NCBI GenBank assembly: GCA_040377305.1 | Contig: JBEIPA010000019.1 | Location: forward strand, 1-64,000 | DNA length: 64,000 bases | DNA from: Flavobacteriales bacterium | GTDB taxonomy: Bacteria; Bacteroidota; Bacteroidia; Palsa-965 | Reading direction: 5' to 3' | Shown: piece by piece, positions 19,169 through 28,613 of the stretch | How the letters are laid out: each line of letters opens with the position of its first letter | Position numbering within the stretch: position 1 is the stretch's first letter | The notes under the pieces: model-generated | Seen by the model: only the letters and a program-made list of their open reading frames with translations | What the model was told of the DNA's origin: nothing | The model's database searches: none | Translations under genes and position numbers: made by a program

Positions 19169-21142
19169 TCACTTCAAAAACTGTATCCAGGCATCCGGAT
19201 ATTCTTTACGCGCCTGACGAACTGATTTCACAGAAGCTTCCTGATCGGGCGGATGTGCAACCGTCACATACATGAAGCCGTTGTTCTTGTTGTAAACGCG
19301 CTGGACTTTTTCCCACTTGTTCTGCGCCTTCACCTTCTCCTCCATTCGCTTCGCATTGTCCTTATTCTTGAAAGCGCCGATTACAATGTAGTATCCGGGT
19401 TCCGCAGCCGTAAGCTCATCGTCACCGGTCCAGTTTTTACTCGAATCTGTTTTCAGCTTGATGTCTTTATCCAACATGGTTTGATTCGCCATTGCTGTTG
19501 TGGCCTTCACAGAATCTGCAGCTGCCATCTTTCCGAATTTCTCCGGATGTGCAAGCTTGTAGGCATCAGAGAAGAACTCCACATTCACTTCATTCGCAGT
19601 ATAGGTTGCAATCTGAGTTGCGTCCATTTCTTTCGCATACTCTTCCATCTCACTCACCATGTAGAAGATCTTGTAGTTGTCGCCGGCAGGAAGATTGATC
19701 GTGTATTTTCCGTTCTCCGAATTCGCTCCGTAATCACCAACGATTCCGTCTTTGTTGGTGTAAGTGACCGTGATAACCGCGTTGATCGGTTGTTCATCCA
19801 ACGTTACCGTCCCATGAATTGTCACCAACTCAGGAGCAGGAACTCCAGGTGATGCGAAGTAAATATCCATCAATCCGTTTCCTCCATTGCGATTCGAAGA
19901 GAACACGGCCTGACTTCCGTCTTTCAGTGGCTGGTAATACAAATCATCTGCAGAACTATTCACAGGAACACCCATATTCTGTGCACTCTGCCATGAAGTT
20001 CCGTCCGGACCAAGCTCACTCCAGAAAATATCGTAGCCACCAATCGAGTTGAATCCTCGTGAACCGAAATACATCTTGTATCCGTTCTCCGACAAGTACG
20101 GCGCATCATCATCCTGGAAAGAGTTAATATTCGCACCAAGGTTCTGAATGTCACCCCAAATAGAATCACTCAGGAGTTTTGCACGGTAAATATCTTTTCC
20201 TCCGAATCCACCCTGACGATCACTTGCGAAATACATCGTGCGTCCATCAGGTGTAATTGCAACGCTACCTTCCCATGAGTCATCGCGATTGATGTCTCCT
20301 GGAAGCTTGGTAGGTACGGTCCAATCCATACCGGCTTTATTCGACACGTAAATGTCGCCGCCGGTTTCACTGTTTGCTTTGTAGATGAAGAGCTGTTGTC
20401 CATCCGGAGAAATGGTCGAAGTTGCATCGTGACCATTCGAATTGATGTTATCACTCGCGCTTCCGGGATAAAACCAACCCGTAGAAGTTTTGCTTGTTAC
20501 AAAAACATCTTCATGATAATATCCAGCCGAATCGTTTTTACCGTAGATGTATTGTTTGCCACCGCGGGAGTTTGGTCCCTTGTAGGTGAAGAACATTAAC
20601 GAATCGCCTGTGATCATTACCGGTGCGTACTCATCTCCCGGAGAATTAATCGGACGACCTGCGTTCTCAACTTTGTTATTAGTTGGCTTCGCATTCAGAT
20701 CCTTCGCCGCACCACAATTGATAACGTACTGATCCAAACGTAAACGCTGAATTTCATCAGGCTCTTTCGCAAGCTGAAGATTAAATTGCATCAGTGCATC
20801 GTCGTACAAACCGTTCAGCAAATACGCACGCCCGAGGAAGAAATTTACATCCGGTAAAGTTGGATCCTTCTCGTAAGCTCCTTTGATGTTCTTCAGTGCA
20901 AGTACAGGATCGCCCGTATAAATTGCACAAACACCACTGCGGAACTGATAGACAACGTTATCCGGAAACTGCTCGTACAGCTTCGTATAATATCCTGCAG
21001 CCTGTTCATACTCACGCTTTGCAAATAATGCATCAGCGCGCGTAGTCATCGTCTTCGGATTACCTGTCTGCGCAATCAGTTCAATTCCACCCGACACAAC
21101 AAGTGCCAGTGCCAACAGTAATATGCAATTCAGCTTCTTCAC
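19169..21142 (-). CDS. PorE-like TPR + PD40 propeller + carboxypeptidase-regulatory protein with C-terminal SPOR domain
   Basis: TPR N-terminus; PD40 blades (YFASDRQGGFGGKDIY, NMGVPVNS); C-terminus YYIVIGAFKNKDNA...YPDAWI. Confidence 0.82.
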   Translation of the reverse strand: MKKLNCILLLALALVVSGGIELIAQTGNPKTMTTRADALFAKREYEQAAGYYTKLYEQFPDNVVYQFRSGVCAIYTGDPVLALKNIKGAYEKDPTLPDVNFFLGRAYLLNGLYDDALMQFNLQLAKEPDEIQRLRLDQYVINCGAAKDLNAKPTNNKVENAGRPINSPGDEYAPVMITGDSLMFFTYKGPNSRGGKQYIYGKNDSAGYYHEDVFVTSKTSTGWFYPGSASDNINSNGHDATSTISPDGQQLFIYKANSETGGDIYVSNKAGMDWTVPTKLPGDINRDDSWEGSVAITPDGRTMYFASDRQGGFGGKDIYRAKLLSDSIWGDIQNLGANINSFQDDDAPYLSENGYKMYFGSRGFNSIGGYDIFWSELGPDGTSWQSAQNMGVPVNSSADDLYYQPLKDGSQAVFSSNRNGGNGLMDIYFASPGVPAPELVTIHGTVTLDEQPINAVITVTYTNKDGIVGDYGANSENGKYTINLPAGDNYKIFYMVSEMEEYAKEMDATQIATYTANEVNVEFFSDAYKLAHPEKFGKMAAADSVKATTAMANQTMLDKDIKLKTDSSKNWTGDDELTAAEPGYYIVIGAFKNKDNAKRMEEKVKAQNKWEKVQRVYNKNNGFMYVTVAHPPDQEASVKSVRQARKEYPDAWIQFLK

Positions 21143-21160
21143 AAACAGCGGTTTTGTAAA

Positions 21161-22105
21161 TTAATCGTACTTCGCACGTTCGTGTCCGCCACCGGAGTTT
21201 CCTCCGCCCAGCTGACCGAACTTATATCCGAGCATGAACTCGTGGCTGATTCCAGCTGACGTTTTCAGATCAGAAATGATAATGTCGTATGCGTAACCAG
21301 CACTGAGGTTTCCGAACAGTTTCACGCGGGCGTTAATTCCAACTGCGTAATTGCTGCGGTAGCTAACACCAAGCCAGGCCATGTCTTTCCAACCGCACTG
21401 CGCCATGATATCATATTGCGCAGGTGTGTTAGGCATGAAACGCACAATAGCTTGTGGCTCCAACGTGAGTTGTTGTGCTTCGTTGAACATCCACTTGTAA
21501 CTTGCTGTACCAACATAGTGACGGTTCAGTTGATAGTAAGAGATCATGTCGTAGCTCGCTAATTCCTGGCGCTGACCAACAAGTTGCGGAACTGAGAAAC
21601 CAACACGAAGGTCTTTCCAGTTGAAGCTTACTCCAATGTTCGCATCCAACGCACTCTTACGCTGCATTTGTGCAAACAACATCGGATCTGCTGCATCCTT
21701 TACGATTGCACGTGAATAGTCGATGCGGTTATCAAGGAATCCAACTGTAACACCGAAACGTAGTGCCATGTCTTCGCTCAGCTTCAAACGATAAGCGTAG
21801 CTCGTATAAATTCCGAGACGCTCGTTGATATCCTGAACATCGTTGAAAACCGCGAAACCGAGTCCAACGTTTTTGTCTTCGAAGAATCCGTCTACGGTCA
21901 CCGCGTTCGTTACAGGAGACCCCGGCATTCCGGTCCACTGACGACGGTGAATGAGGTAGGCATTTGTTCCATCGTTCACTCCTGCATTCGCAGGATTAAG
22001 CAGGAACGGATTGAAATACGTCTGGCTATACAATGGAAGCTGTTGTGCTTCTGCAGTCAACATTGTTGCTGCAATCAGTGCCAGGGAGATATAGATCTTG
22101 TTCAT
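21161..22105 (-). CDS. T9SS membrane protein PorP/SprF family
   Basis: QQLPLYSQ..NPANAG..HRRQWTGMPGSP...GYAYD..SHEFMLGYKF. Confidence 0.93.
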   Translation of the reverse strand: MNKIYISLALIAATMLTAEAQQLPLYSQTYFNPFLLNPANAGVNDGTNAYLIHRRQWTGMPGSPVTNAVTVDGFFEDKNVGLGFAVFNDVQDINERLGIYTSYAYRLKLSEDMALRFGVTVGFLDNRIDYSRAIVKDAADPMLFAQMQRKSALDANIGVSFNWKDLRVGFSVPQLVGQRQELASYDMISYYQLNRHYVGTASYKWMFNEAQQLTLEPQAIVRFMPNTPAQYDIMAQCGWKDMAWLGVSYRSNYAVGINARVKLFGNLSAGYAYDIIISDLKTSAGISHEFMLGYKFGQLGGGNSGGGHERAKYD

Positions 22106-22131
22106 GGTGTCTTTTCTTTCTTGGTTCCCGA

Positions 22132-25100
22132 TTATTTCTTCTCGCTTACAATTGTGATAGCCCCGTTGAATGTTTTGTCTTCATCAGGGAACTCAAGAAC
22201 GTAGTAATATGTACCGTCAGGAAGCTGACCATCATTGTATGATCCGTTCCAGCTGTTGTTGTAACCGTTCATCTCGTAAACTTCCATACCGTTACGGTTG
22301 TAGATAGTTACGTGGTTGTTCGGGTAGAACTCGATATTCTGAACGTTCCATACGTCATTGAAGCCGTCTCCATTTGCAGTAATGATGTTTGAAATGATCA
22401 GGTTAAGATCTCTCACAAGTGTTACGGTTACTGCATCTGTGTCAGAGCATCCGTTTGCATCCGTTACCGTTAACGTGTAAGTAACCGTGTAAGCCGGTGT
22501 ACAAAGTGGATTTGCACTTGTTGGATCATCTAAACCTACAGAAGGAATCCACTCGAAAGTTGATCCGCCTGATCCGAGAAGTGTGATAGATGTACCTGCG
22601 CTCACATTGGTATCCAGACCTGCGTCAGCAATCGGACGAGGAAGAACAGTGATCATCACAGAATCCCACGCCATACATCCAGTAACTGAGTCAGTTACCT
22701 GAAGTACATAGTTGAATGTTGTGTCTGCGAAAATTGTGCTTGTTGTATCGCCATTGCTCCAGTCGTACCAGTTTTGCGGGAATGAACCTGCAGAAAGCAT
22801 TACGCTGTCGCCCTGACAAAGTGTCGACGTACCACCAACAGTAATTGTTGGATCAGGCAAGCCGTGAACGACTACGCCTTGTGTTGCAGTATCTGAACAA
22901 CCAAGGTTAGACACTGTGATGAGTACAACGTTGAATGTATCTGCACTCATGTATATGTGACTCGGGTTTGTTGCAACAGATGCATCGTTATCACCGAAGT
23001 CCCAGTTCTGGAACTGAATTCCTCCGGAAGCAATTGTAGTTCCGTTGGTGAATGTTGTAGATGCACCCCAGCAAACCGTGTCAGCTGTGAATGCAGCAAC
23101 TGGATTCGGATAAGTAATGATCCACGCCAATGACGATGTATCAGGAGTACACACTCCACTCATTACGATTGCGCGGTACCATGTAGTATCGAGTGGATTG
23201 CTCCAGCCTTGTGACATACCTGTATTGCCAATCGCAGTCCATGTTACGCCACCATCTGTTGACCATTCCCAATCAACAACAGAACCTGTAGTTCCGCTGA
23301 GTGTGAGTGTTCCGCTGCCGGTTCCTTCACAAACACTTGTGCTTCCAGCGATAGTGCCTGCAACTGAAACCGGATTCACCGTAATTGCTGTTGCGTTCGA
23401 TGCAAGTGCAGGAGTACAAACTCCGCTGAGCACCCACGCGCGATACCATGTTGTAGTTGTAAGATTGAGGTAGTTGATTGAATCTGCTGTTGAAGCGATT
23501 GCAATCCAGTTTACACCGTCTGTAGAAATCTCCCAGTTCTGAACTGCGCCAACCTGACCTGCGAGGTAAACAGTACCTGCATTCACGCCTGCGCAAACTG
23601 TATCGTCAACGGTTGTCGTTCCCGGTACAGTGTTTGGATCAACAAAAATTGTCTGGGAGTTAGAAGTATCTCCACCGCAAACACCACTAGCAAGAACAAC
23701 ACGATACCACATTGTATCGATCAGATTCGTGTATGTTTCCATTGCAGTTGTATTACCGTTTGGAATCCATGTTACACCGCCGTCATTCGACAATTCCCAG
23801 GATACGATACCGCCAGAATAACCGGTAAGATCAAGCTGACCGTTGTTGATGTTCGCACAAACTGTAGTCTGACCGCTGAGTGTACCTGCGTTCACAACAG
23901 GATCGACAGTGATCATTGCTGTGTCGGAAGTTGTGGAAGGACAAACGCCGTTCGCCACACGCACGCGATACATGGTTGTGTTCATAAGGTTCATGTATGC
24001 CTGTGATGTTGTTGTGTTCGCAACGTTCACCCAGGTTACACCACCATCATTCGAAAGTTCCCAACCATTAACTGTTCCGGTTTCACCTGAAAGAGTGAGT
24101 GTAGCGCCGTTAACCCCTGCGCAAACCGTATCATCCATTGAAACAACGCCGCCAACGGATGGAGCATCAACTGTAATTGTAATTGCGTTAGAGGTATCTG
24201 CAACGCATACACCACTTGCAACAACCACACGATACATCGTAGTCACAGCAACGTTCAGATAGTTCTCCTGATAAGTTGTATTCAAAAGAATGTTCCAGGT
24301 CAATCCTCCATCGGTTGATGTTTGCCAGTATGCAACGTTTCCAACGTGACCTACCAAGGTGAGCGTGCCGCTGTTTGCACCACCACAAACGGTAACATCA
24401 GAATAAAGTGTTCCGCCTACTGGCTGCGCATCGATTGCAATAACCGATTGTGCAGAATATTGTTGTGCACAACCACCGCTCTGTACAAGTGCGCGATAGA
24501 TTGTTGCAGTCGAAAGGTTGTTGTAAGCCTGAGAAGTGGTTGTGTTGGTAATTGTAATCCAGGTTACTCCACCGTCTTGTGAGAATTCCCACTGGACAAC
24601 ACTTCCTGTTTCTCCGCTAAGCGTAAGTACTCCACTGTTCGCGCCGCTACAAACTGTATCCATTGCCGGAGAAATTGCACCACCAACGGTTACAGGATCC
24701 ACGACAACTGAATCAACAGTAGAAGTATCAGGAGGACAAACACCGCTCGTGATGATTACACGATAATAAGTTGTGTCAAACAGGTTGTTGTAAGCCTGTG
24801 AGGTAGTTGTATTCCCTGTACTCACCCATGTGATCGAATCGTTGGATGACTCCCAGCCTGTAATTGTTCCGGTGTGACCGGCAAGTGTCAATGTTCCGGA
24901 GTTGCCGCTCGCGCAAACAATAACTCCACCGGAAACCGTTCCACCCACAGAAACCGGATTCACAGTAATTGTAGCCGCTGCGGAGAAGGCAGGTGTACAA
25001 CCGCCTTGCTGAACCTGCGCACGATACATTGTAGTTGTTACAAGGTTCGTGTAAGACTCAGAAGTTGTTGTGTTAGCAATGGAAGTCCACGTAACACCAC

Positions 25101-26406
25101 CATCGGTTGAGAACTGCCACTGCAATACCGAACCGGTCTCACCTGAAAGATTGAGGGTGCCGCTGTTTGCTCCACTACATACAGTAGCAGAGCTTGTAAC
25201 TGTTCCTCCTACTGATGCTGAACCCACGTTTACCGCAGCAATTGACGAGTACAATGCCCCGCACGCCCCACTTTGAATTCGCGCACGGTACAAACGCGAG
25301 GCTACAAGGTTCAGATAGTTCTGTGTTGTAGTCGTGTTCGCAATGTTAGACCAGGTTACACCTCCATCCGTGGAGAACTCCCAGCGAATGATTGAACCCG
25401 TGTGACCGCTCAATGTAAGTGTTCCGCTATTTGCTCCGCTACAAACTGCTGTTGCTGCAGGATTAACTGAGCCACCTACAGTTGCAGGACTGATCGTAAT
25501 TGTAGACTGGGATGAGTTTGCAGAAGCACAAGTTCCACTCTGCACAACAGCACGATAGATGGTTGTTTGCGTAAGGTTCAGATAAGGCTGGCTGTTAGTT
25601 GTGTTTGCGATGGGTGTCCAGGTAACACCTCCGTCAATTGAGGACTCCCAACGAACTACGTTTCCAGTGTGAACACCGAGTGTGATTGATCCGCTGTTAG
25701 CTCCGCTGCAACGTGTAGCAGATCCAGCTGTAGAACCCGCAACTGTAGCCGGATCTATTGCAATTGAAAGTGGAGTTGAAGTTGTTGACGCACACGAACC
25801 ATTCTGAACCAATGTGCGGAACATAGTTGGCACAGTAAGGTTGAGATAGCTCTGTGTTGTTGTAGTATTGGAAATGCTGAACCAGGTTGATCCACCATCT
25901 GTTGAACGCTGCCACTCAATAACACTACCTGTATGACCGGAAAGTGTGAGGTTGCCGCTATTCCCGCTGATACAAACACTCGAAGGGCCTGCAATCGTTC
26001 CTCCAACTGATGCAGCCGTATTGGTTACCATATAACCGATGAACGCATCATTTGTTGGATTGATATCTCCTGGTATGGCTACCGTCGCATCAAAGGTGTA
26101 TACACCCGGTGTCGACAAATTTGCCTGCGTCGTGAACGTGTAGTTCATGGTGGAGTTCGTGAGCAAAGTTGAACCCAGCACAACCATCTCCGTTACCGGA
26201 GCACCTGCATTGATGGTATAACTTACGTTAAAGGCTGTGCCAGCCGGAAGATTCGCGCCAAAGTTGAAAATGCGAATGGTAACGTTTTCTGTCGCAGTCA
26301 TTGCGCACCCGCTAACAGGGGCAGTAATTGCGGTAACTGCAAGATCCTGAGCGAAACCGGCAATTGACAAACAGAAAACAGCGAAAAGTGTAAGAATTCT
26401 CTTCAT
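22132..26406 (-). CDS. Large T9SS type-B (gliding motility-associated CTD) adhesin-like protein
   Basis: CARDB-like N-terminus, 11 repeats of about 88 aa with W.xSxDGGxTW, PKD (WDFGD), CTD NGDGFND..IYNRNG..GTYYY. Confidence 0.9.
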   Translation of the reverse strand: MKRILTLFAVFCLSIAGFAQDLAVTAITAPVSGCAMTATENVTIRIFNFGANLPAGTAFNVSYTINAGAPVTEMVVLGSTLLTNSTMNYTFTTQANLSTPGVYTFDATVAIPGDINPTNDAFIGYMVTNTAASVGGTIAGPSSVCISGNSGNLTLSGHTGSVIEWQRSTDGGSTWFSISNTTTTQSYLNLTVPTMFRTLVQNGSCASTTSTPLSIAIDPATVAGSTAGSATRCSGANSGSITLGVHTGNVVRWESSIDGGVTWTPIANTTNSQPYLNLTQTTIYRAVVQSGTCASANSSQSTITISPATVGGSVNPAATAVCSGANSGTLTLSGHTGSIIRWEFSTDGGVTWSNIANTTTTQNYLNLVASRLYRARIQSGACGALYSSIAAVNVGSASVGGTVTSSATVCSGANSGTLNLSGETGSVLQWQFSTDGGVTWTSIANTTTSESYTNLVTTTMYRAQVQQGGCTPAFSAAATITVNPVSVGGTVSGGVIVCASGNSGTLTLAGHTGTITGWESSNDSITWVSTGNTTTSQAYNNLFDTTYYRVIITSGVCPPDTSTVDSVVVDPVTVGGAISPAMDTVCSGANSGVLTLSGETGSVVQWEFSQDGGVTWITITNTTTSQAYNNLSTATIYRALVQSGGCAQQYSAQSVIAIDAQPVGGTLYSDVTVCGGANSGTLTLVGHVGNVAYWQTSTDGGLTWNILLNTTYQENYLNVAVTTMYRVVVASGVCVADTSNAITITVDAPSVGGVVSMDDTVCAGVNGATLTLSGETGTVNGWELSNDGGVTWVNVANTTTSQAYMNLMNTTMYRVRVANGVCPSTTSDTAMITVDPVVNAGTLSGQTTVCANINNGQLDLTGYSGGIVSWELSNDGGVTWIPNGNTTAMETYTNLIDTMWYRVVLASGVCGGDTSNSQTIFVDPNTVPGTTTVDDTVCAGVNAGTVYLAGQVGAVQNWEISTDGVNWIAIASTADSINYLNLTTTTWYRAWVLSGVCTPALASNATAITVNPVSVAGTIAGSTSVCEGTGSGTLTLSGTTGSVVDWEWSTDGGVTWTAIGNTGMSQGWSNPLDTTWYRAIVMSGVCTPDTSSLAWIITYPNPVAAFTADTVCWGASTTFTNGTTIASGGIQFQNWDFGDNDASVATNPSHIYMSADTFNVVLITVSNLGCSDTATQGVVVHGLPDPTITVGGTSTLCQGDSVMLSAGSFPQNWYDWSNGDTTSTIFADTTFNYVLQVTDSVTGCMAWDSVMITVLPRPIADAGLDTNVSAGTSITLLGSGGSTFEWIPSVGLDDPTSANPLCTPAYTVTYTLTVTDANGCSDTDAVTVTLVRDLNLIISNIITANGDGFNDVWNVQNIEFYPNNHVTIYNRNGMEVYEMNGYNNSWNGSYNDGQLPDGTYYYVLEFPDEDKTFNGAITIVSEKK

Positions 26407-26624
26407 AGAGTGGATTTAATAAACGTTCTTTTTGAACCGTTTTAAAGGTACTGGCACTAAAATTGGCTTAAAAATGCAGATTTTCCCCACGTGCGACAAG
26501 AGGAATTCCATAAGAATTTCTGAAAAGCGATTCATAAGGTCTGGCAAGGTGTAAGAAAATCAGTTCATTATACGATCAGACCCTGAATTAGTTACAAAGC
26601 TGCAACCCGTTAACTTATTGATTT

Positions 26625-27713
26625 CTAGTGAATAACGATTTTAGAAACCGTATTGCCGGTCTCCGTAATCACTGAAATCAGGTAAATTCCGGCAGGTAAC
26701 GCAGAAACGTCGATTTGTTGAATTCCATTCAAATTCGCGTTTTGAACCGTGGTATTCCACACGGACTTTCCAGAAAGGTCAACCATCTGGAATTGTATAT
26801 CACCTTGTCCGTTTTGCGCATACTGAACGTAAACCGTTTCATTCGCCGGATTCGGATAAACTGAAACCCGTGGTGAATTCGGATCATTATCCATTACGCT
26901 GACCTGAAACAGGCTATCGCGAAGAGAATCCTGGTAGATAATGTTAGTTACCACTTCTGCATTGAGGATGATTTGACAGTCTACTTCCAAAACCGGAATT
27001 TTCATTCCCGGAGCGAGCCATTTGTAGTGCACCTCAGTAGGCCGTGGAATAGAAAAACCAGTTTGATTCGTGGTGTCTAAGGAAATAGTGTCTGTCTGAT
27101 CGAGAACTGTACGCATACGCACCACCATATACGTGTCGAGTGGAGTGATGAGTGTTCCCCATCCATCAACTACGTTCACACGGTGACGATCTTGTCCGAT
27201 GTATCCAATCCCCGGAATCGGAAAACCGTACGCAGCATCACAGCTATCGACATTACCGAACGTTAGCGGAAAGCGATAAACGTAATCAGCTGCACTAAAA
27301 ATTATGGGCGCAGAAATAGGAAGCACTTGTTGGAAATCAAAGGATAATCCGACCTGTCGGAAGCTCGACGCTGAACTTTTATAATAATCGGTAAAATTTG
27401 ATGGAATATCTCCAATAATAGGCAACGAATCAGGTGAATAATTCGTCACTGCTACATCAGACAGAAAACTAAATGGGAAAGCAGTTGGGGCAACGTATTC
27501 GATTCTTTCCTGAGCATTGGGGGTCAGAAAAGAAACGTCCCACACATAATTCGTATCAGTCAATGTATGATCGAACGAACCCAATGATGCAGCATAACTT
27601 ACACGAATTGAATCGCCCGGATCGGGCATATCACTTCCAGAGATTGTTACTTGCGAAAAAGCGAGCGCCGGAAGAAGTAATCCGAACGCGAGGGGTAAGC
27701 TGTTTTTGCTCAT
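26625..27713 (-). CDS. T9SS type-A substrate
   Basis: Signal peptide; DGWGTLITP; CTD VYPNPA..DLSGK..LPAGIY..KIVIH. Confidence 0.85.
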   Translation of the reverse strand: MSKNSLPLAFGLLLPALAFSQVTISGSDMPDPGDSIRVSYAASLGSFDHTLTDTNYVWDVSFLTPNAQERIEYVAPTAFPFSFLSDVAVTNYSPDSLPIIGDIPSNFTDYYKSSASSFRQVGLSFDFQQVLPISAPIIFSAADYVYRFPLTFGNVDSCDAAYGFPIPGIGYIGQDRHRVNVVDGWGTLITPLDTYMVVRMRTVLDQTDTISLDTTNQTGFSIPRPTEVHYKWLAPGMKIPVLEVDCQIILNAEVVTNIIYQDSLRDSLFQVSVMDNDPNSPRVSVYPNPANETVYVQYAQNGQGDIQFQMVDLSGKSVWNTTVQNANLNGIQQIDVSALPAGIYLISVITETGNTVSKIVIH

Positions 27714-27746
27714 TTGCTACTATTTACTATTTGGAAATGATAAATG

Positions 27747-27763
27747 GTGACAGAAAATGTCAC
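27747..27763. promoter_or_regulatory. Palindromic operator-like site
   Basis: GTGACA-GAAAA-TGTCAC between divergent genes. Confidence 0.35.
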
Positions 27764-27926
27764 GCGGTTTCATTGGTGAAAATTTCGTCTAATGTAACCA
27801 CGAAAACAATACCTCCGCTGAGGGAATTGGTACTTCGGCAAAAGAAATTACGCGTTCAGACAATAAATTCGGGCATTACGTGTTTATATGACGCACATGC
27901 AGGGACAAAGCCCGCCAACTATTTCG

Positions 27927-27934
27927 TAATTTTG
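27927..27934 (+). promoter_or_regulatory. Bacteroidota -7 box (TAATTTTG)
   Basis: Exact TAnnTTTG just before the 27939 CDS. Confidence 0.55.
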
Positions 27935-27938
27935 TAAG

Positions 27939-28583
27939 GTGATGACTATATCGAAATCATTTTGGCTTTTGGCTTTATGCGCTTTTCTGTGCGGAAGTTC
28001 TCTGGAATGCGTTGCTCAAACATCTGCTGATACGAATGCACGAAAAGTTGTGCAGTTCTCGGGCATGACTATTGACGCCGACAGCCTCTTCCCTATTCCA
28101 TTCGTCGCAATCGTGATAAAAGGAACCACCCGTGGCGTGTATAGTACGGGCTCGGGTTACTATTCAATCGTTGCTCAGGAAAGAGATACGCTCGAATTCT
28201 ATTCACTCGGCTATAAAACGGGCGTTTACATTTTGCCTGATACATTCACAATTTCACAAGTGAATCATGTACAGACGATGAAGATGGATACGATTCTACT
28301 CACCGAAATGGTGGTGTATCCGTGGCCTTCACGCGAACAGTTCAAGAATTCATTTCTTGCACTCGACATTCCCGATGATGATATGGAACGTGCACGTATG
28401 AATCTTGCACAACAACGTATGGTCGCTGCCGCACAAACGGTGAATGCTGATGGACAGGGTGCTTACACCGCGCAAATGCAGAAACAGACGAATAAGAATT
28501 ATTACGCTGGACAATATCAACCGAATAATCTCCTGAATCCAATTGCGTGGGCGAAGTTTATTCAGTCCATGCGGAAGAAATAA
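27939..28583 (+). CDS. Carboxypeptidase-like regulatory domain protein
   Basis: VQFSG..DADSL.PIPF..IKGTTRG..GYYS..DTL.F..LGY; PWPS.EQFK. Confidence 0.8.
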   Translation: MMTISKSFWLLALCAFLCGSSLECVAQTSADTNARKVVQFSGMTIDADSLFPIPFVAIVIKGTTRGVYSTGSGYYSIVAQERDTLEFYSLGYKTGVYILPDTFTISQVNHVQTMKMDTILLTEMVVYPWPSREQFKNSFLALDIPDDDMERARMNLAQQRMVAAAQTVNADGQGAYTAQMQKQTNKNYYAGQYQPNNLLNPIAWAKFIQSMRKK

Positions 28584-28613
28584 CATCCACTGCCTATCAC
28601 TGCGACCTCTACC

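Noticed and set aside
22132-26406. Sialidase/BNR propeller enzyme
   Set aside because: Asp-boxes are spaced about 88 aa apart in two-Cys repeats and no catalytic FRIP/Arg-triad motifs are evident
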